Part shown: positions 1 to 13,904 of the stretch, in pieces
How positions within the stretch are numbered: the stretch's first letter is position 1
Layout: every line of letters starts with the position of its first letter
NCBI GenBank assembly: GCA_964016885.1
Contig: OZ024763.1
Location: 23,684,001 to 23,748,000, forward strand
Source of the DNA: Eledone cirrhosa
Taxonomy: Eukaryota
DNA length: 64,000 nucleotides
Direction of reading: 5' to 3'
Translations under genes and position numbers: made by a program
The notes under the pieces: generated by a model
Seen by the model: the letters and a program-made list of their open reading frames with translations, nothing else
What the model was told of the DNA's origin: nothing
Databases searched by the model: none

Positions 1-620
1 TTCATAGATGTATTTTTTTTCACTAACATCCTTATCTTAAAACTCTGGTCACCTTAGATATCTGTATTGACATTACCATTTTATAACAGCAACTGCTTGT
101 ATACCTTCTACTGACCACCTGACCTAGTTTCACCCCTAAAATAAGTTTCAATTACTACTATTTTACTATTTGGCCAATCATTAACTTTCTATTGGTTAAT
201 TCTAAACCTCTTACCAAACAGACAGAATATATTTGATCTTTGTTGGTTGTATTCAATGAACAAATAAAATTATTTCTGAGATCAACATATGACCTACTTC
301 TTCCCTAAAGTAATCCATTATTATATTGGATCTTAGTTTGGTTTTATTCAATGAATAAATAAAATTATTTCTGAGGTCAACATATGACCTACTTCTTCCC
401 TAAAGTAATCCTTCATTCATAATACTCTTTTCCATCCAAAACTGAAATCTACCTTCCTCCACCCATAATTTAAGGTTCTACTAATTCTATATCACTATCT
501 TGACCCTCACTATCTTTGATTGGTCAATTCAAAACCTGTTCCCAAACAGACCTATTGTATTGAATCTTTGTTCTTATCAATAAACAAGTATCATTAAGGA
601 ACTGTTTCTTTGTTTATTCA

Positions 621-810
621 GGGCGGTGGATTGGCAGTATCGGTAGAGGGTCGGACGCCATGCTTTCCAGCATAGTTACGTCCGTTTACGATCTGAGTTC
701 AAATCCCGCCGAGGTTGATTTTGCCTTTCATCCTTACGGGGTCGATAAAATAAAGTACCAGTAATGCACTGGTAATTGCTGGCCTTGTGCCTAAAGTAGA
801 AACAATTATT
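621..810 (+). mobile_element. tRNA-derived SINE (family A)
   Basis: A-box-like tggcagtatcgg, B box gagttcaaatcc, conserved body gcctttcatccttacggggtcgataaaataaagtacc (resembles the Meta-type central domain), and tail agaaacaattatt. More than 12 copies in the window. Confidence 0.9.
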
Positions 811-1133
811 TCTGAAGACAGCATATATATGTGTAGGTATGTATATTCCCTCTGATAGTTTGTATAAATATTGTACATAGATCTATAGAATATGCATACC
901 AACTCTAACACATATATATCCTAGAAACGATCGTAAAATAATGAATTTTTTTAATATAAGGAACTGTTTCTTTGTTTATTCATTATTTTTTTAATAATTT
1001 ATCTTGACTCTGTTTTCCGTTTATTTTTCACCGAAAGTAGTTTTTGAATGCATCTTCTCTTTTCATGATATCCGGATTACATTGAGTTCTTCATACGGAT
1101 TGGACACTACCATAAACTTTTGGTAGATTTTTC

Positions 1134-1173
<40 letters not shown>

Positions 1174-1292
1174 CATACATTTTTAACTGCTGGTCAATCA
1201 ATGATATATATATAGATATATATACACACACACACATATATATCCATACATATATATATATATATACATACACACATATATATCCATACATA

Positions 1293-1324
<32 letters not shown>

Positions 1325-1517
1325 CATATACATATATATATATATATATACATTTATACATACATATATATATATACATTTATACATACATATATATATA
1401 TATACATTTATACATACATATATATATATATACATTTATACATACATATATATATATATACATTTATACATACATATATATATATATACAATTATACATA
1501 CATATATATATATATAC

Positions 1518-1563
<46 letters not shown>

Positions 1564-1565
1564 TT

Positions 1566-1611
<46 letters not shown>

Positions 1612-1707
1612 TTATACATACATACATATATATATACATTTATACATACATACATATATATATATACATTTTTACATACATACATATATATATATATACA
1701 TTTTTAC

Positions 1708-1782
<75 letters not shown>

Positions 1783-1959
1783 CATACATATATATATATA
1801 TACATATATATATATATTAGGTATTTGGTTATCCTAAATGCAGTAATGGTTAATTACTACACTAGATAGAGTTGACATACGGTGAGGGGTTACTCAACGA
1901 GTTATGGAAGAATAGTTGAAGAAACTCAGTTCCTAACCCTTCTGTATTCCGGAGTGTAG

Positions 1960-2211
1960 ATAAAGAATGAATAATTACAGGTAGACATCATAAAAAGGTA
2001 ATTTATTCTGTGTGCTTACAAATGTTTCCACGGTGGTTATACAGCTTAGTTATGCTATGTGCAAATTTATAACTATTTGCAAAACTCAATTATCAATTAT
2101 GATAATTGAGTTTTGCAAATAGCATAACTAAGCTGTATAACCACCGTGGAAACATTTGTAAGCACACAGAATAAATTACCTTTTTATGATGTCTACCTGT
2201 AATTATTCATT

Positions 2212-2217
<6 letters not shown>
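1960..2217. repeat. Long near-perfect hairpin abutting (TA)n
   Basis: ~98-bp outer arms plus a 21-bp inner stem, with a ~15-nt bulge on the 5' side. Confidence 0.95.
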
Positions 2218-2259
<42 letters not shown>

Positions 2260-2800
2260 AAAATTAATCTTAGAGCTTATTTTGCGGGTGATATGGCGCA
2301 TGTCTTTCTGGCATGACACCCATAGTTTTGATTTAGATTAAATTAATTTTGATTTATCTTAATTTTGGATATAGATATATAAATACGGCTCCTTAATTGT
2401 AGAGCTAACTCTGTTGAAAGGACTTGACTGCTGTTTCTAGTTGTCGATAACCCTATTCACGCCACTGGGACGAAGCTGGTATGATGTGTCTATTTCTAGT
2501 AGTTACAGCACGTGTTGCTGACCAGTCGCTGATTTGAACTTGAAGTGGAAACAGATCGCTGAAACTTCTTCCTTGTTGAAAATCCAAGTATCGGCATCCG
2601 TGCTTTACCATTCGATTAATTGGTGAAATATATTTCTTTAATGGAATATATACAGGGAAGATTAATCATATTATAAGGTATCTATTTTTGAAGTTCTAGT
2701 TAACTTTATTTAGTTACCTACCTAGCTATGTGTGCTTACACACTTGTAAAAATTATCACCTGTGATTATTCATGTTTATTTATGTTAATCAATTTCTAGT

Positions 2801-2872
<72 letters not shown>

Positions 2873-3178
2873 TTATATATATAAAACATATATAGAAATC
2901 TAGTGATATATATATATACACACATGTACATAGTCACACACTAAGCACGTTACCATTAATATATATATACATATAAATATATATATATATATATATTGTT
3001 ATATTTGGGGAGGGTCATATTGTTGTAATATTGCCAGAAAAATAAAAAAGTTGTAGACATTACAATCCAACGGGAGGAAACATAATAGTACCACTGATGA
3101 TGTCACAGATGTGTGACAAAAGAACTCTAATAGACTATATATATACTTATATCTGTATATTTAACCGTTTGTCAATCA

Positions 3179-3224
<46 letters not shown>

Positions 3225-3548
3225 CATACACACACACACTAACCACGTTACCATTAATATACATACATATATATATATATATATATATGTATATCACAGA
3301 AAAATAGGGAAATCTGCTTCTTAGAATCAAGACGAATCTGAGGACCTTGCGATTTTCAGAGTTAGGTTGGATCATCACATCGATCGTGCCTCGTGCTGGT
3401 CGCCAGAGAACGATTGTAATATGTCCAATAAATTGCATTCGTCGCAACACTGATTCTCTTTTTTCTGTGATATCATACTCTGCTCAATGAGAGCATCGAG
3501 TGCTCAAATGGCCTACCCCGCATACGGACGCTTTAAGCATCCAACACC

Positions 3549-3595
<47 letters not shown>

Positions 3596-3832
3596 TAAAT
3601 CAACCAATCAATGGTAGGGTCTAAACCGTATGAAGAACTCAATGTAATCCGTCTGACGGCGGCGGGTAGTGAAGACGTATGTATTTTTCTTACTATGATA
3701 TTTTGTAATATATTTTACATAGATCAATAATTGAATGGGCACACGGGGAGCTACCCCCCCCCCAGAAACGATCGTAAAATAATGAGTTTTACTATGAATT
3801 GACCGTGTTTTTTTGTTTAATTTCATTGTTTT

Positions 3833-3921
<89 letters not shown>

Positions 3922-4056
3922 GTATATATGAAGTTTTTCCGTAGAAGGGTAGAGGAAGGGAGAGTGCTCTATGTATGCTACAGAGCTATCTGAGCCTCGC
4001 TTTCAAGTATAATAGCCTTTGTTTTTAATTTCATATCTTACATCCATATTAAAATG

Positions 4057-4128
4057 TTCATCCTGATGAACGATTTCAGACGTCTCTGTTCACCTCGCCT
4101 GTCTTCGTGAAACCTTTGGTAAATGGAA
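4057..4128 (+). ncRNA. Type I hammerhead-like motif with long stem II
   Basis: ttcat-c-CTGATGA-acga...tcgt-GAAA-cctttgGTA-aatggaa. Second copy at 56206-56278. Confidence 0.65.
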
Positions 4129-4162
4129 TAATTGCATTGTGTTGTTTAATACATATATATCA

Positions 4163-4570
4163 TAATTGTTTCTACTTTGGGCACAAGGCCAGGAATTATC
4201 CCAGTGCATTACTGGTACTTTATTTCATCGACCCCTTAAGGATGAAAGGCAAAGTTAACCTCGGCGGGATTTGAACTCCGACCATAAAGGGCCGTAACTC
4301 TTTGCTGCAAAGCATGGCGTCAGACCCCCTCCCGATACTGCCAATCCACTGCCTTTATATATATATATATATATATATATCATAATTGTCTCTACTTTAG
4401 GCACAAGGCCAGCAATTACCCAGTGCATTACTGGTACTTTATTTTATCGACCCCGTAAGGATGAAAGGCAAAGTTAACCTCGGCGGGATTTGAACTCAGA
4501 ATGGCAAGGACCGTAACTCTATGCGTCAAAGCATGGCGTCCAACCCTCTACCGATACTGCCAATCCACCG
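4163..4570 (-). mobile_element. Two tandem family A SINEs (4163-4353 and 4383-4570)
   Basis: Reverse complements of the 621-810 element, separated by (TA)n. Confidence 0.9.
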
Positions 4571-4936
4571 AATGCCATGTTACATTAAGAATGTCTGTTG
4601 CTATATTCCCCACAAAACAACAATACCAGAACCAGACACACCTGCTGGAGTTTTAACTATAAAAACCAGACTTTATTAATTTATACCACTTTGCAATTCA
4701 TAAAACACAGAAGCAGGTTTTTTACTGAGACTTGACACGATTTTATTACAGCTTTCACTCACTTTGTTTTAACTAGGTAGGTATTAAACTAGTGGTATTG
4801 TGGAGTCTATGGTGTGTCTCTATATGTCTGATCTACCTCTCCTATCTATCTATATCTCTGTCTATCAACCCGTTTATCAATCTATCTATCAATATGAACT
4901 ATCTATCTATCTATCATTCTGTCTATCTATCTATCT

Positions 4937-5583
4937 AAAAAAGGAAATAGTAACCTAAGTAAACATAAAAGAACAGCCGAACTCCCACTGTCATCGCCTC
5001 CATCTCTCTCGCCCTCCCCATCTCTCCATATGGTGAGCAAATGGGGTCCCACGTGCTGGCGGACGGAATGGAGAAGGCATTTCCCCGGAGGATAGTAAGG
5101 GAGATGCGCTGGAAGTGCCATTCCAACTCGTGAGGCTCACACTGGCTGGCCAATTCAGCACCTATGGTGGTGAGTAGGGAGGTAGCCCTAGGGCCAAGGA
5201 CACCAGAAGTCTCCTCTGCTACAGGTAGCCAGGTCTGTGCCTATGGTGGTAAGTAGGGAGCTAGCCCTAAGGCCAAGGACACTAGAAGTCTCCTCTGCTA
5301 CAGGTAGCCAGGTCTGTGCCTATGGTGGTAAGTAGGGAGCTAACCCTAAGGCCAAGGACACCAGAAGTCTCCTCTGCTACAGGTAGCCAGCTCAGCGCCT
5401 ATGGTGGTAAGTAGGGAGCTAGCCCTAAGGCCAAGGACACCAGAAATTTCCACTGCTACAGGTAGCCAGGTCTGTGCCTATGGTGGTAAGTAGGAGGTAG
5501 CCCTAGGGCCAAGGACACCAGAAGCCTCCACTGTTAAGGTCGATGATAGGTCGACCACGAACCTGTCGGAGAGCGACCTGTAC
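4937..5583 (-). mobile_element. 5'-truncated CRE-clade-like (RLE) non-LTR retrotransposon
   Basis: Minus strand reads YRSLSDRFVV...PVAEETSGVLGPRATSLLTTIGAELASQCEPHELEWHFQRISLTILRGNA. This matches the KY..F.P.AVET.G...FQR.S..I.RGNA C-terminus of CRE-like elements. Flanked by TATC/TCCA repeats. Confidence 0.8.
5147..5535. repeat. 79-bp tandem repeat, ~5 copies, inside the CRE-like element
   Basis: Unit cctatggtggtaagtagggagctagccctaaggccaaggacaccagaagtctcctctgctacaggtagccaggtctgtg, repeated with few changes. Confidence 0.93.
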
Positions 5584-6057
5584 TATCTATCCATCCATCC
5601 ATCCATCCATCTAAGCTGTACCATTCATATCGTTATATTGTAATTATAGTAGACTAGCAGAAAACCATTCTCGGGTGGTTTTCTGCTACCATGTGTAGAG
5701 TGTATATTGATATTATACGCAAGTATATATGCATGTAGATATGATACATCAAATAAAATCGTAATTGACAATATACACAGAAATTGAACGAAGTCTATGT
5801 TACACTGTCTTCTGTAATCAGTAAAGTAATCCATGATACATTTAAAAAAAGACGATATTATATATAAACTGCATTAGGAGAAAATTAGCGGCGGAAATAT
5901 ATACGATATTTTTATGTGTTCTAATCTTACGGCCGCTAACCGGAAGTGTTGACATTTGAAAATTGTGAATTTGAAAGATTTTTAAATAAGCTATAAAATA
6001 TCAACAGCCACGAAATTTAGCGCAGAAATTATGTAATATTCATTCATTATTTTGAAT

Positions 6058-6177
6058 TGAGTTCAAATCCCGCCGAAGTTAACTTTGCCTTTCATCCTTA
6101 CGGGGTCGATAAAATAAAGTACCAGTAATGTACTGGTTAATTGCTGGCCTTGTGCCTAAAGTAGAAACAATTATTTA
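6058..6177 (+). mobile_element. 5'-truncated family A SINE
   Basis: Starts at the B box tgagttcaaatccc; body and tail intact. Confidence 0.88.
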
Positions 6178-7709
6178 TTCAAAGTAATCCAACTTATTTT
6201 ACAAACGGGGTAAAAAAATATATTCTGGACGCAGTCCCGCACTCCTTTCTTTATTATAGTTAAGATTATCTCTACTAGAGATAGAGAGGATGGGAGAGGA
6301 TGGGAGAGAGAGAGGGAGAGAGAGTGGGAAAGGGAGAGAGGATGGGAAAGGGAGAGAGGGTGGGAAAGAGAAGGAGAGAGAGAGGGAGAGAGAGAGGGTG
6401 GGAAAGGGAGAGAGGGTGGGAAAGGGAGAGGAGGTGGGAAAGGGAGGAGGTGGGAAAGGGAGGAGGTGGGAAAGGGAGAGGGGTAGAGAGAGAGAGAGTG
6501 AGAGAGATAAGAGAGAGAGAGAGGCGGAGAGAGAGGCGGAGCGAGAGAGAGATGATAGGAAAGAGAGAGAGGCGGAGAGAGAGAGAGAAGCGGAGAGAGA
6601 GAGATGATAGGAAAGAGAGAGAGGCGGAGAGAGATGATAGGAAAGAGATAGATCAGATGAGAGTATCTAACTCCTTAACGACTGGCGATTGAAATCTCAG
6701 CCCCTATCATCCTTCCCACCTACACTGACACAACCACCTCACCAATCTCTACCACCACCACTACCACCACTACCACTACCACTACTACTATTACCACCAC
6801 CACTACTACCATCACTACCACTACTACTATTACCACCACCTCTACCACCACTACTATTAACACCACCACTACCACTACTACTATTACCACCACCACTACC
6901 ACTACTACTACAATTACCACCACCACTACCTCCATTACCACCACCACTACCACCACCACCACCTCCACTATCACCACCACTACCACCACTACCACCATCA
7001 TCACCACCACCCCTCCCACCACCACCCTCCCACCACCACCTTCACTATTAGCACCACCACCACCACTACCACCACCATCACCACTGCCACCACCACTACT
7101 AGTGCCGCCACCACCACTACTACCACCACCAGCACCACCACCTCCACTATCACCACCACCACCACCACCACCACTACTACCATTACCACCTCTGCTACCC
7201 TTCTTCTCCCTCAACGGTTCAATACTGAGGAGTGCAACCTTGTGGAACTGTTTGCTGGTCAGACAGTTGGACGCTGAGTAGGGGTGGAAGGTCAAATGAA
7301 GGGGATGGGAGGGGGAGGGGGGGGGTGATAGAGGGGGGGGGGGGCTGATAGAGGTGTAGGGGGAGGGAGGGCGGTGATACTGATAAAGGGAGTGGGAGTA
7401 TGGGAGGAAGAGGTAGCACTGATTTAGGGGGAAGGCGAGCATGATTTGGCTGATACTGGTGATGGGGGGGGGGGATAATAGTGGTGGTGGTGGTGTTGGT
7501 AATAGTGGTGGTGGCGATGTTGGTGGTAATGATGGTGGGGTGAAAATAGTAGTACTGTACTAGAAATATATAGTATTGTACCAGAAAATATATAGTACTG
7601 TACTAGAAATATATGTAATTGTAGCTGAGAATATATAGAATTGTGGCTGAAAATTATAGTACTGTACTAGATATATATAGTATTGTACCAGAAAATATAT
7701 AGTAACTGT

Positions 7710-8240
7710 ACATACATACATACATACATGATGGCTGCCCCCCTCGTTATCGAGTATGGCCATTGCACGATATACCATTATTAATAATTAGTAATTAATT
7801 CTATCGTGCAATGCCTGTGCATGAAGATATTTTTTAAAGTGAGGAAAGACTGTGCACTGAGCCAATCCCACTCTCTGAGCGACAGTAGCTATAACCCGGA
7901 AAGAAGAAAAGATGAACATCATCGGTAACTACTGAGCCGCAGGTTTATATCGCAGTTATCCCAGTTTCCTGAGTTGCCTTCTTCTAGAAGAATGCCTTGA
8001 CAAAGGCTAGGGGTCCTTCACTCCCAGTGGTTTAACCGCGCGGTACATGTGTATATACATATTTACACACTTTTGGATGGCCGTTGACTCTTATGAGTTC
8101 TTCCGCCCTTTGTCAGGTTTTGACTGCAGGGTGTCCAAAATCACCCTCCTCACCAAGTAAACTTGGTGGGGTTACCGGTTTAGTCGCCGACGACCCGACC
8201 ATGCGACAGCTTGTACTGGGTTACATGTTACCAGTAGTAC
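7710..8240 (-). mobile_element. Probable non-autonomous RTE-derived retroelement with a (TGTA)n tail
   Basis: GC-richer island. The minus strand ends ctcgataacgagggggcagccatc(atgt)n and contains gcctttgtcaaggcattcttctagaagaaggcaactc, reminiscent of RTE 5' UTRs. No ORF. Recognised from memory only. Confidence 0.4.
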
Positions 8241-8345
<105 letters not shown>

Positions 8346-8425
8346 GAAAATGAACCAAAAAAACAACACAGGAAACAATTGTATATAGATATATTAAGGT
8401 TTACGCTTGCTGGAAATAGAGGAGG

Positions 8426-8461
8426 TTTCGAGGTTTCGGACAGAAGTCCTTCATCAGGAAA
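8426..8461 (-). ncRNA. Minimal Penelope-type hammerhead motif
   Basis: Minus strand tttc-CTGATGA-a-ggac-ttct-gtcc-GAAA-cctc-gaaa. Confidence 0.7.
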
Positions 8462-8744
8462 GTTCGAATAGGGGGAGAACAGAAACTGAGAGGAAGAGTA
8501 AGGGAGAGTTAAGGAGGGAAGTTAAAAAATAGAAAATAGAAAAATAGAAAATGGAAATGTAAAAATAAAAGGGATAGGGAGTTATAGGTCCAGGCTGGGT
8601 TGTTGGCATTCTTAGACCCCGTAACTCCTGAAGGGAGTCGTAGGAGCGCCATATTGATATTCGGCATTTCTTGGGGTATTTTTAAAAACCCGGTGGAGCC
8701 CATCTCCTCTGCAGGTCTGAATGCGGTAGATTTCTTTCAGAGAA

Positions 8745-8831
<87 letters not shown>

Positions 8832-9169
8832 GTGAGAAAGAGATATAGAGGAAGAATCGACCTCAGTACTTGACTGGTACTTTTTTTATCGACCTTGAAA
8901 GATAACGTTGACCTCCACAGATATACAATATATAGAAAAGAATATTATAGTTCACGAAAATGGCAGGGGTTGTTACATTAAGTAATTCTACATCAACGAA
9001 AGAATTATATAAAGCTAAACAGTTACAACTCATTTGCATTTGATGTGTGAAGGATCTCCGTCGGTGTCGACGACGATGATGGTTTCAGTGTGTTACAGTC
9101 ACGTGAAAAATGTTGAAACGTGTTTCTAATTTGTATTCACAAACATTCTGAAGTATTTGTCTTTGAATT

Positions 9170-10230
9170 AGAGGTGGTGGTGGTGGTATTGCTGCTGCTG
9201 GTGATGTGGTTGTGTGGTGGTGTCGTAGTGGTGGTGTCGTAGTGGTGGTGGTAGTGGTTGTTGTTGTGGTGCTGGTGGTGTGGTGGTGTCGTAGTGGTGG
9301 TGGTGGTAGTGGTTGTTGTTATGGTGCTGGTGGTGTGGTAGTGTCGTAGTGGTGGTGGTAGTGGTTGTTGTTATGGTGCTGGTGATATGGTTGTGTGGTG
9401 GTGTCGTAGTGGTTGTGGTAGTGGTTGTTGTTATGGTGCTGGTGGTGTGGTGGTCTCGTAGTGGTGGTAGTGGTAGTGGTTGTTATGGTGCTGGTGGTGT
9501 GGTGGTGTCGTAGTGGTGGTGGTAGTGGTTGTTATGGTGCTGGTGATGTGGTTGTGTGGTGGTGGTAGTGGTTGTTGTTATGGTGCTGGTGGTGTGGTGG
9601 TGTCGTAGTGGTGGGGTAGTGGTTGTTGTTGTGGTGCTGGTGGTGTGGTGGTGTCGTAGTGGTGGTGGTGGTAGTGGTTGTTGTTATGGTGCTGGTGGTG
9701 TGGTGGTGTCGTAGTGGTGGTGGTAGCGGTTGTTGTTATGGTGCTGGTGATGTGGTTGTGTGGTGGTGTCGTAGTGGTGGTGGTAGTGGTTGTTGTTATG
9801 GTGCTGGTGGTGTGGTGGTCTCGTAGTGGTGGTAATGGTAGTGGTTGTTGTTATGGTGCTGGTGGTGTGGTGGTGTCGTAGTGGTGGTGGTAGTGGTTGT
9901 TGTTATGGTGCTGGTGATGTGGTTGTGTGGTGGTGTCGTAGTGGTGGTGGTAGTGGTTGCTGTTGTGGTGTGGTGGTGTCGTAGTGGTGGGGGTAGTGGT
10001 TGTTGTGGTGTGGTGGTGTCGTAGTGGTGGGGTTAGTGGTTGTTGTTATGGTGCTGGTGATGTGGTTGTGTGGTGGTGTCGTAGTGGTGGTGGTAGTGGT
10101 TGTTGTTATGGTGCTGGTGGTGTGGTGGTGTGGTTGTGTGGTGGTGTGGTTGTGTAGTGGTGGTGGTAGTGGTTGTTGTGGTGTGGTGGTGTCGTAGTGG
10201 TGATGGTAGTGGTTGTTCTCGTGGTGGTGG
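9170..10230. repeat. GT-rich degenerate minisatellite
   Basis: Recurring ggtgtcgtagtggtggtggtagtggttgttgttatggtgctggtg. Confidence 0.85.
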
Positions 10231-10928
10231 TGGTGGTGATGGCTCTTAAGGTAATTGTGGCAGTGGTGGTGATGGTAGCGGTGGTGGTGTTCGTGGTGGT
10301 GGCGGTTGTGATGATGGTTGTGGTGTTGTAGTGGTGGTTGTGGTGGTGGTGTTTATTTTGATGGCGATAGCGGTTGTAGTAGTTGTGGTAGTGGTAATGA
10401 TGGTAGCAGCAGCAGCTGTGGCGAGGGAAGAGGAGGTGGTGGTGGTGGTGGAAGATGTGAGGTTGGCGGCGGTGGTGATGGTGGTAAATAAAATTAAGCA
10501 GATATTTTGAATTTTGATGATGTTTCATGATCGTGTGTTGGTGATGGTGGGAGGAAGGGAGGGTTTTATGTGGAAATGGTGGTGGTGGTGGTGGTGGTGA
10601 GAGAGGAGATCTGGTGGTAGTGGTGATGCTGGTGGTCGTGCTGGTGGCGGCGGCGGTGTAAATAGTAATGGACGTAACAGTATTGATTTTTTGTCTGATT
10701 CGTCGACCGAACGATCAGAAAGAATAGACCGGCTGTTGCGTGTGTATATAGCGGAGCGGAGTGAAGTATAACAGTTTGTGTGTGTGTATGTATATATATA
10801 TATATATATTATATTATATTATATTATCATTATTATTTTAGGCAAAACAGTCAAGGAGTGAGTCGAAAATTAGAGATATTTATTCCACAAGTTCATTTTA
10901 CCGACAGAAAGTGGAAACACCCTTATCT

Positions 10929-11190
<262 letters not shown>

Positions 11191-11330
11191 TCTACCTGGA
11201 GTTGCGACCGATAGATAGTATTAGCAATTGGAAAGACCAACGGAAACATTGTTCCCTCGGTCCGATTTGACGAAAGTCGATCGTTCCTTTTATATATATA
11301 TATATATATATATATAAAGAGTCAGGACCC

Positions 11331-11598
11331 TGTGGTAAGATACCAGGTGGACCATAACACACCAGAGTATTCGATACTTAGGGTAGTAGAGAGGGTAATA
11401 GGAAAAGAGTCAGGACCCCGGCGGCTGAGCTCCGGCCGTTTTGACAGCTAGATCAGAACTAAGCCAGCAGTTCGGATCTAGATGTCGAAACAGCCGGAGC
11501 TCAGCCATCGGGCTTCTGACTCTTTTCCTATTACCCACTCTACTACCCTAAGTATCGAGTACTCTGGTGCGTTATGGTCCACCTGGTATCTTACCACA
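11331..11598. mobile_element. Hairpin (fold-back) element between (TA)n tracts; second copy at 55977-56163
   Basis: ~130-bp imperfect arms tgtggtaagataccaggtggaccataac... and ...gttatggtccacctggtatcttaccaca. Confidence 0.85.
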
Positions 11599-11793
11599 CC
11601 TTTTTATATATGTATATACTAACCTGCCAGGACAAACGTATGAATGAACATGGATTTGTAGAGAAAGAATGCAGTTCCTTAATTCATAAATTACAAATAG
11701 ACCCTTCAAAATATGTAAAATATTATTATGTTTCAAAGGATGAATAATGATTACCCAAAGGACTACGAACATTCTATACAACCTTGACATACT

Positions 11794-11830
11794 TTCTTCT
11801 GATGAAAGACTAGCGTCCGAAACATTAAGA
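11794..11830 (+). ncRNA. Minimal Penelope-type hammerhead motif (degenerate)
   Basis: tctt-CTGATGA-a-agac-tagc-gtcc-GAAA-catt-aaga. Confidence 0.62.
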
Positions 11831-11834
11831 CTCT

Positions 11835-11891
<57 letters not shown>

Positions 11892-12079
11892 AGTTAATAT
11901 AATGCCTGTATGAGATTAGAGAAGAAGCAATCAACAGCGAAGGAGTGAGAGGGAGAGAGAGAGAGAAGATAGATAGAGAGTTGATGATAGATATATCAAA
12001 GCGATTATCGATCTCTTGTTATATTTACACACCATTTTGTTAGTTTTAATCAATCATCAATGTCTCGCCATTCACCACC

Positions 12080-12218
<139 letters not shown>

Positions 12219-12425
12219 CATACATATATATATAAATATACATAGATATATATATAAATATACATACCTATATATACATAAATACATATATATGTATGTA
12301 CATAAATATATATATGTATATATATATACATATATATATATACCAGTCTGTCTGTCTGTGTCTATATCTAGTCATCCATCTATCTATCTACGTATGAATC
12401 AACCAACCTATCCACATCTGTATTG

Positions 12426-12612
<187 letters not shown>

Positions 12613-12625
12613 CATATATATATAC

Positions 12626-12882
<257 letters not shown>

Positions 12883-12941
12883 CATATATATATATACATA
12901 TATATATATACATATATATATATATACATATATATATATAC

Positions 12942-13228
<287 letters not shown>

Positions 13229-13350
13229 TATGTATATGTATATATATATAGCCATACACAGAGACATATGTATGTGTGTGTGTGTGTATACATCTACGTA
13301 TGTAGATATATATATATCAATAGATACATATATAATCTCCATACACACAG

Positions 13351-13440
<90 letters not shown>

Positions 13441-13501
13441 TAGAGAGAGAGATAGAGAGATGGATGGATGGATGGATGGATGGATGGATGGATGGATGGA
13501 C

Positions 13502-13537
<36 letters not shown>

Positions 13538-13719
13538 GACGATACCTGATGCTTATTTTTCAATAAGCAGGGTACCCTGCCAGTGAAGCTAATCTACATG
13601 TGACTGAGTCCCCACAGACACGTGTACCACTAACCTAGTTCTCAGGGAGATTCAGCAGGCCAAAGTGTTTCTGTGTTTTCGTGTGTGACATGACCATTCC
13701 TTTCAATTACACGTACTGT

Positions 13720-13875
13720 CCATCTGTTGGTCTTCCAAACAGTCGCCGTCTACCAAATTTCCCTCAGAAGTGTTAGCTCAACACAAGGCTATGGAAAATG
13801 ACCCTTGCTCAAGGTGCCACTTCGTGGGATTGAACTAGGAACCTTAGGAGTGCCAAGCGAACGACTTATCCATCA
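13720..13875 (-). mobile_element. Diverged tRNA-derived SINE (another family)
   Basis: Minus strand ggttcctagttcaatcccacgaagtggcaccttgagcaaggg: B-box-like motif plus CORE-like motif. Confidence 0.6.
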
Positions 13876-13904
13876 TCCCACTCCCTTTTTTTCTATAAGA
13901 AATC

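Noticed and set aside
5655-5688. 13-bp stem hairpin tagcagaaaacca/tggttttctgcta as a terminator
   Set aside because: Eukaryotic context, no U-tract or upstream gene; more likely a transposon-end remnant.
5925-5950. CCGGAAGT (ETS-like) motif, and AAATGGCG/AGATGGCG (YY1-like) motifs at ~34801 and ~52830, as promoters
   Set aside because: Isolated short motifs with no linked gene; expected by chance.
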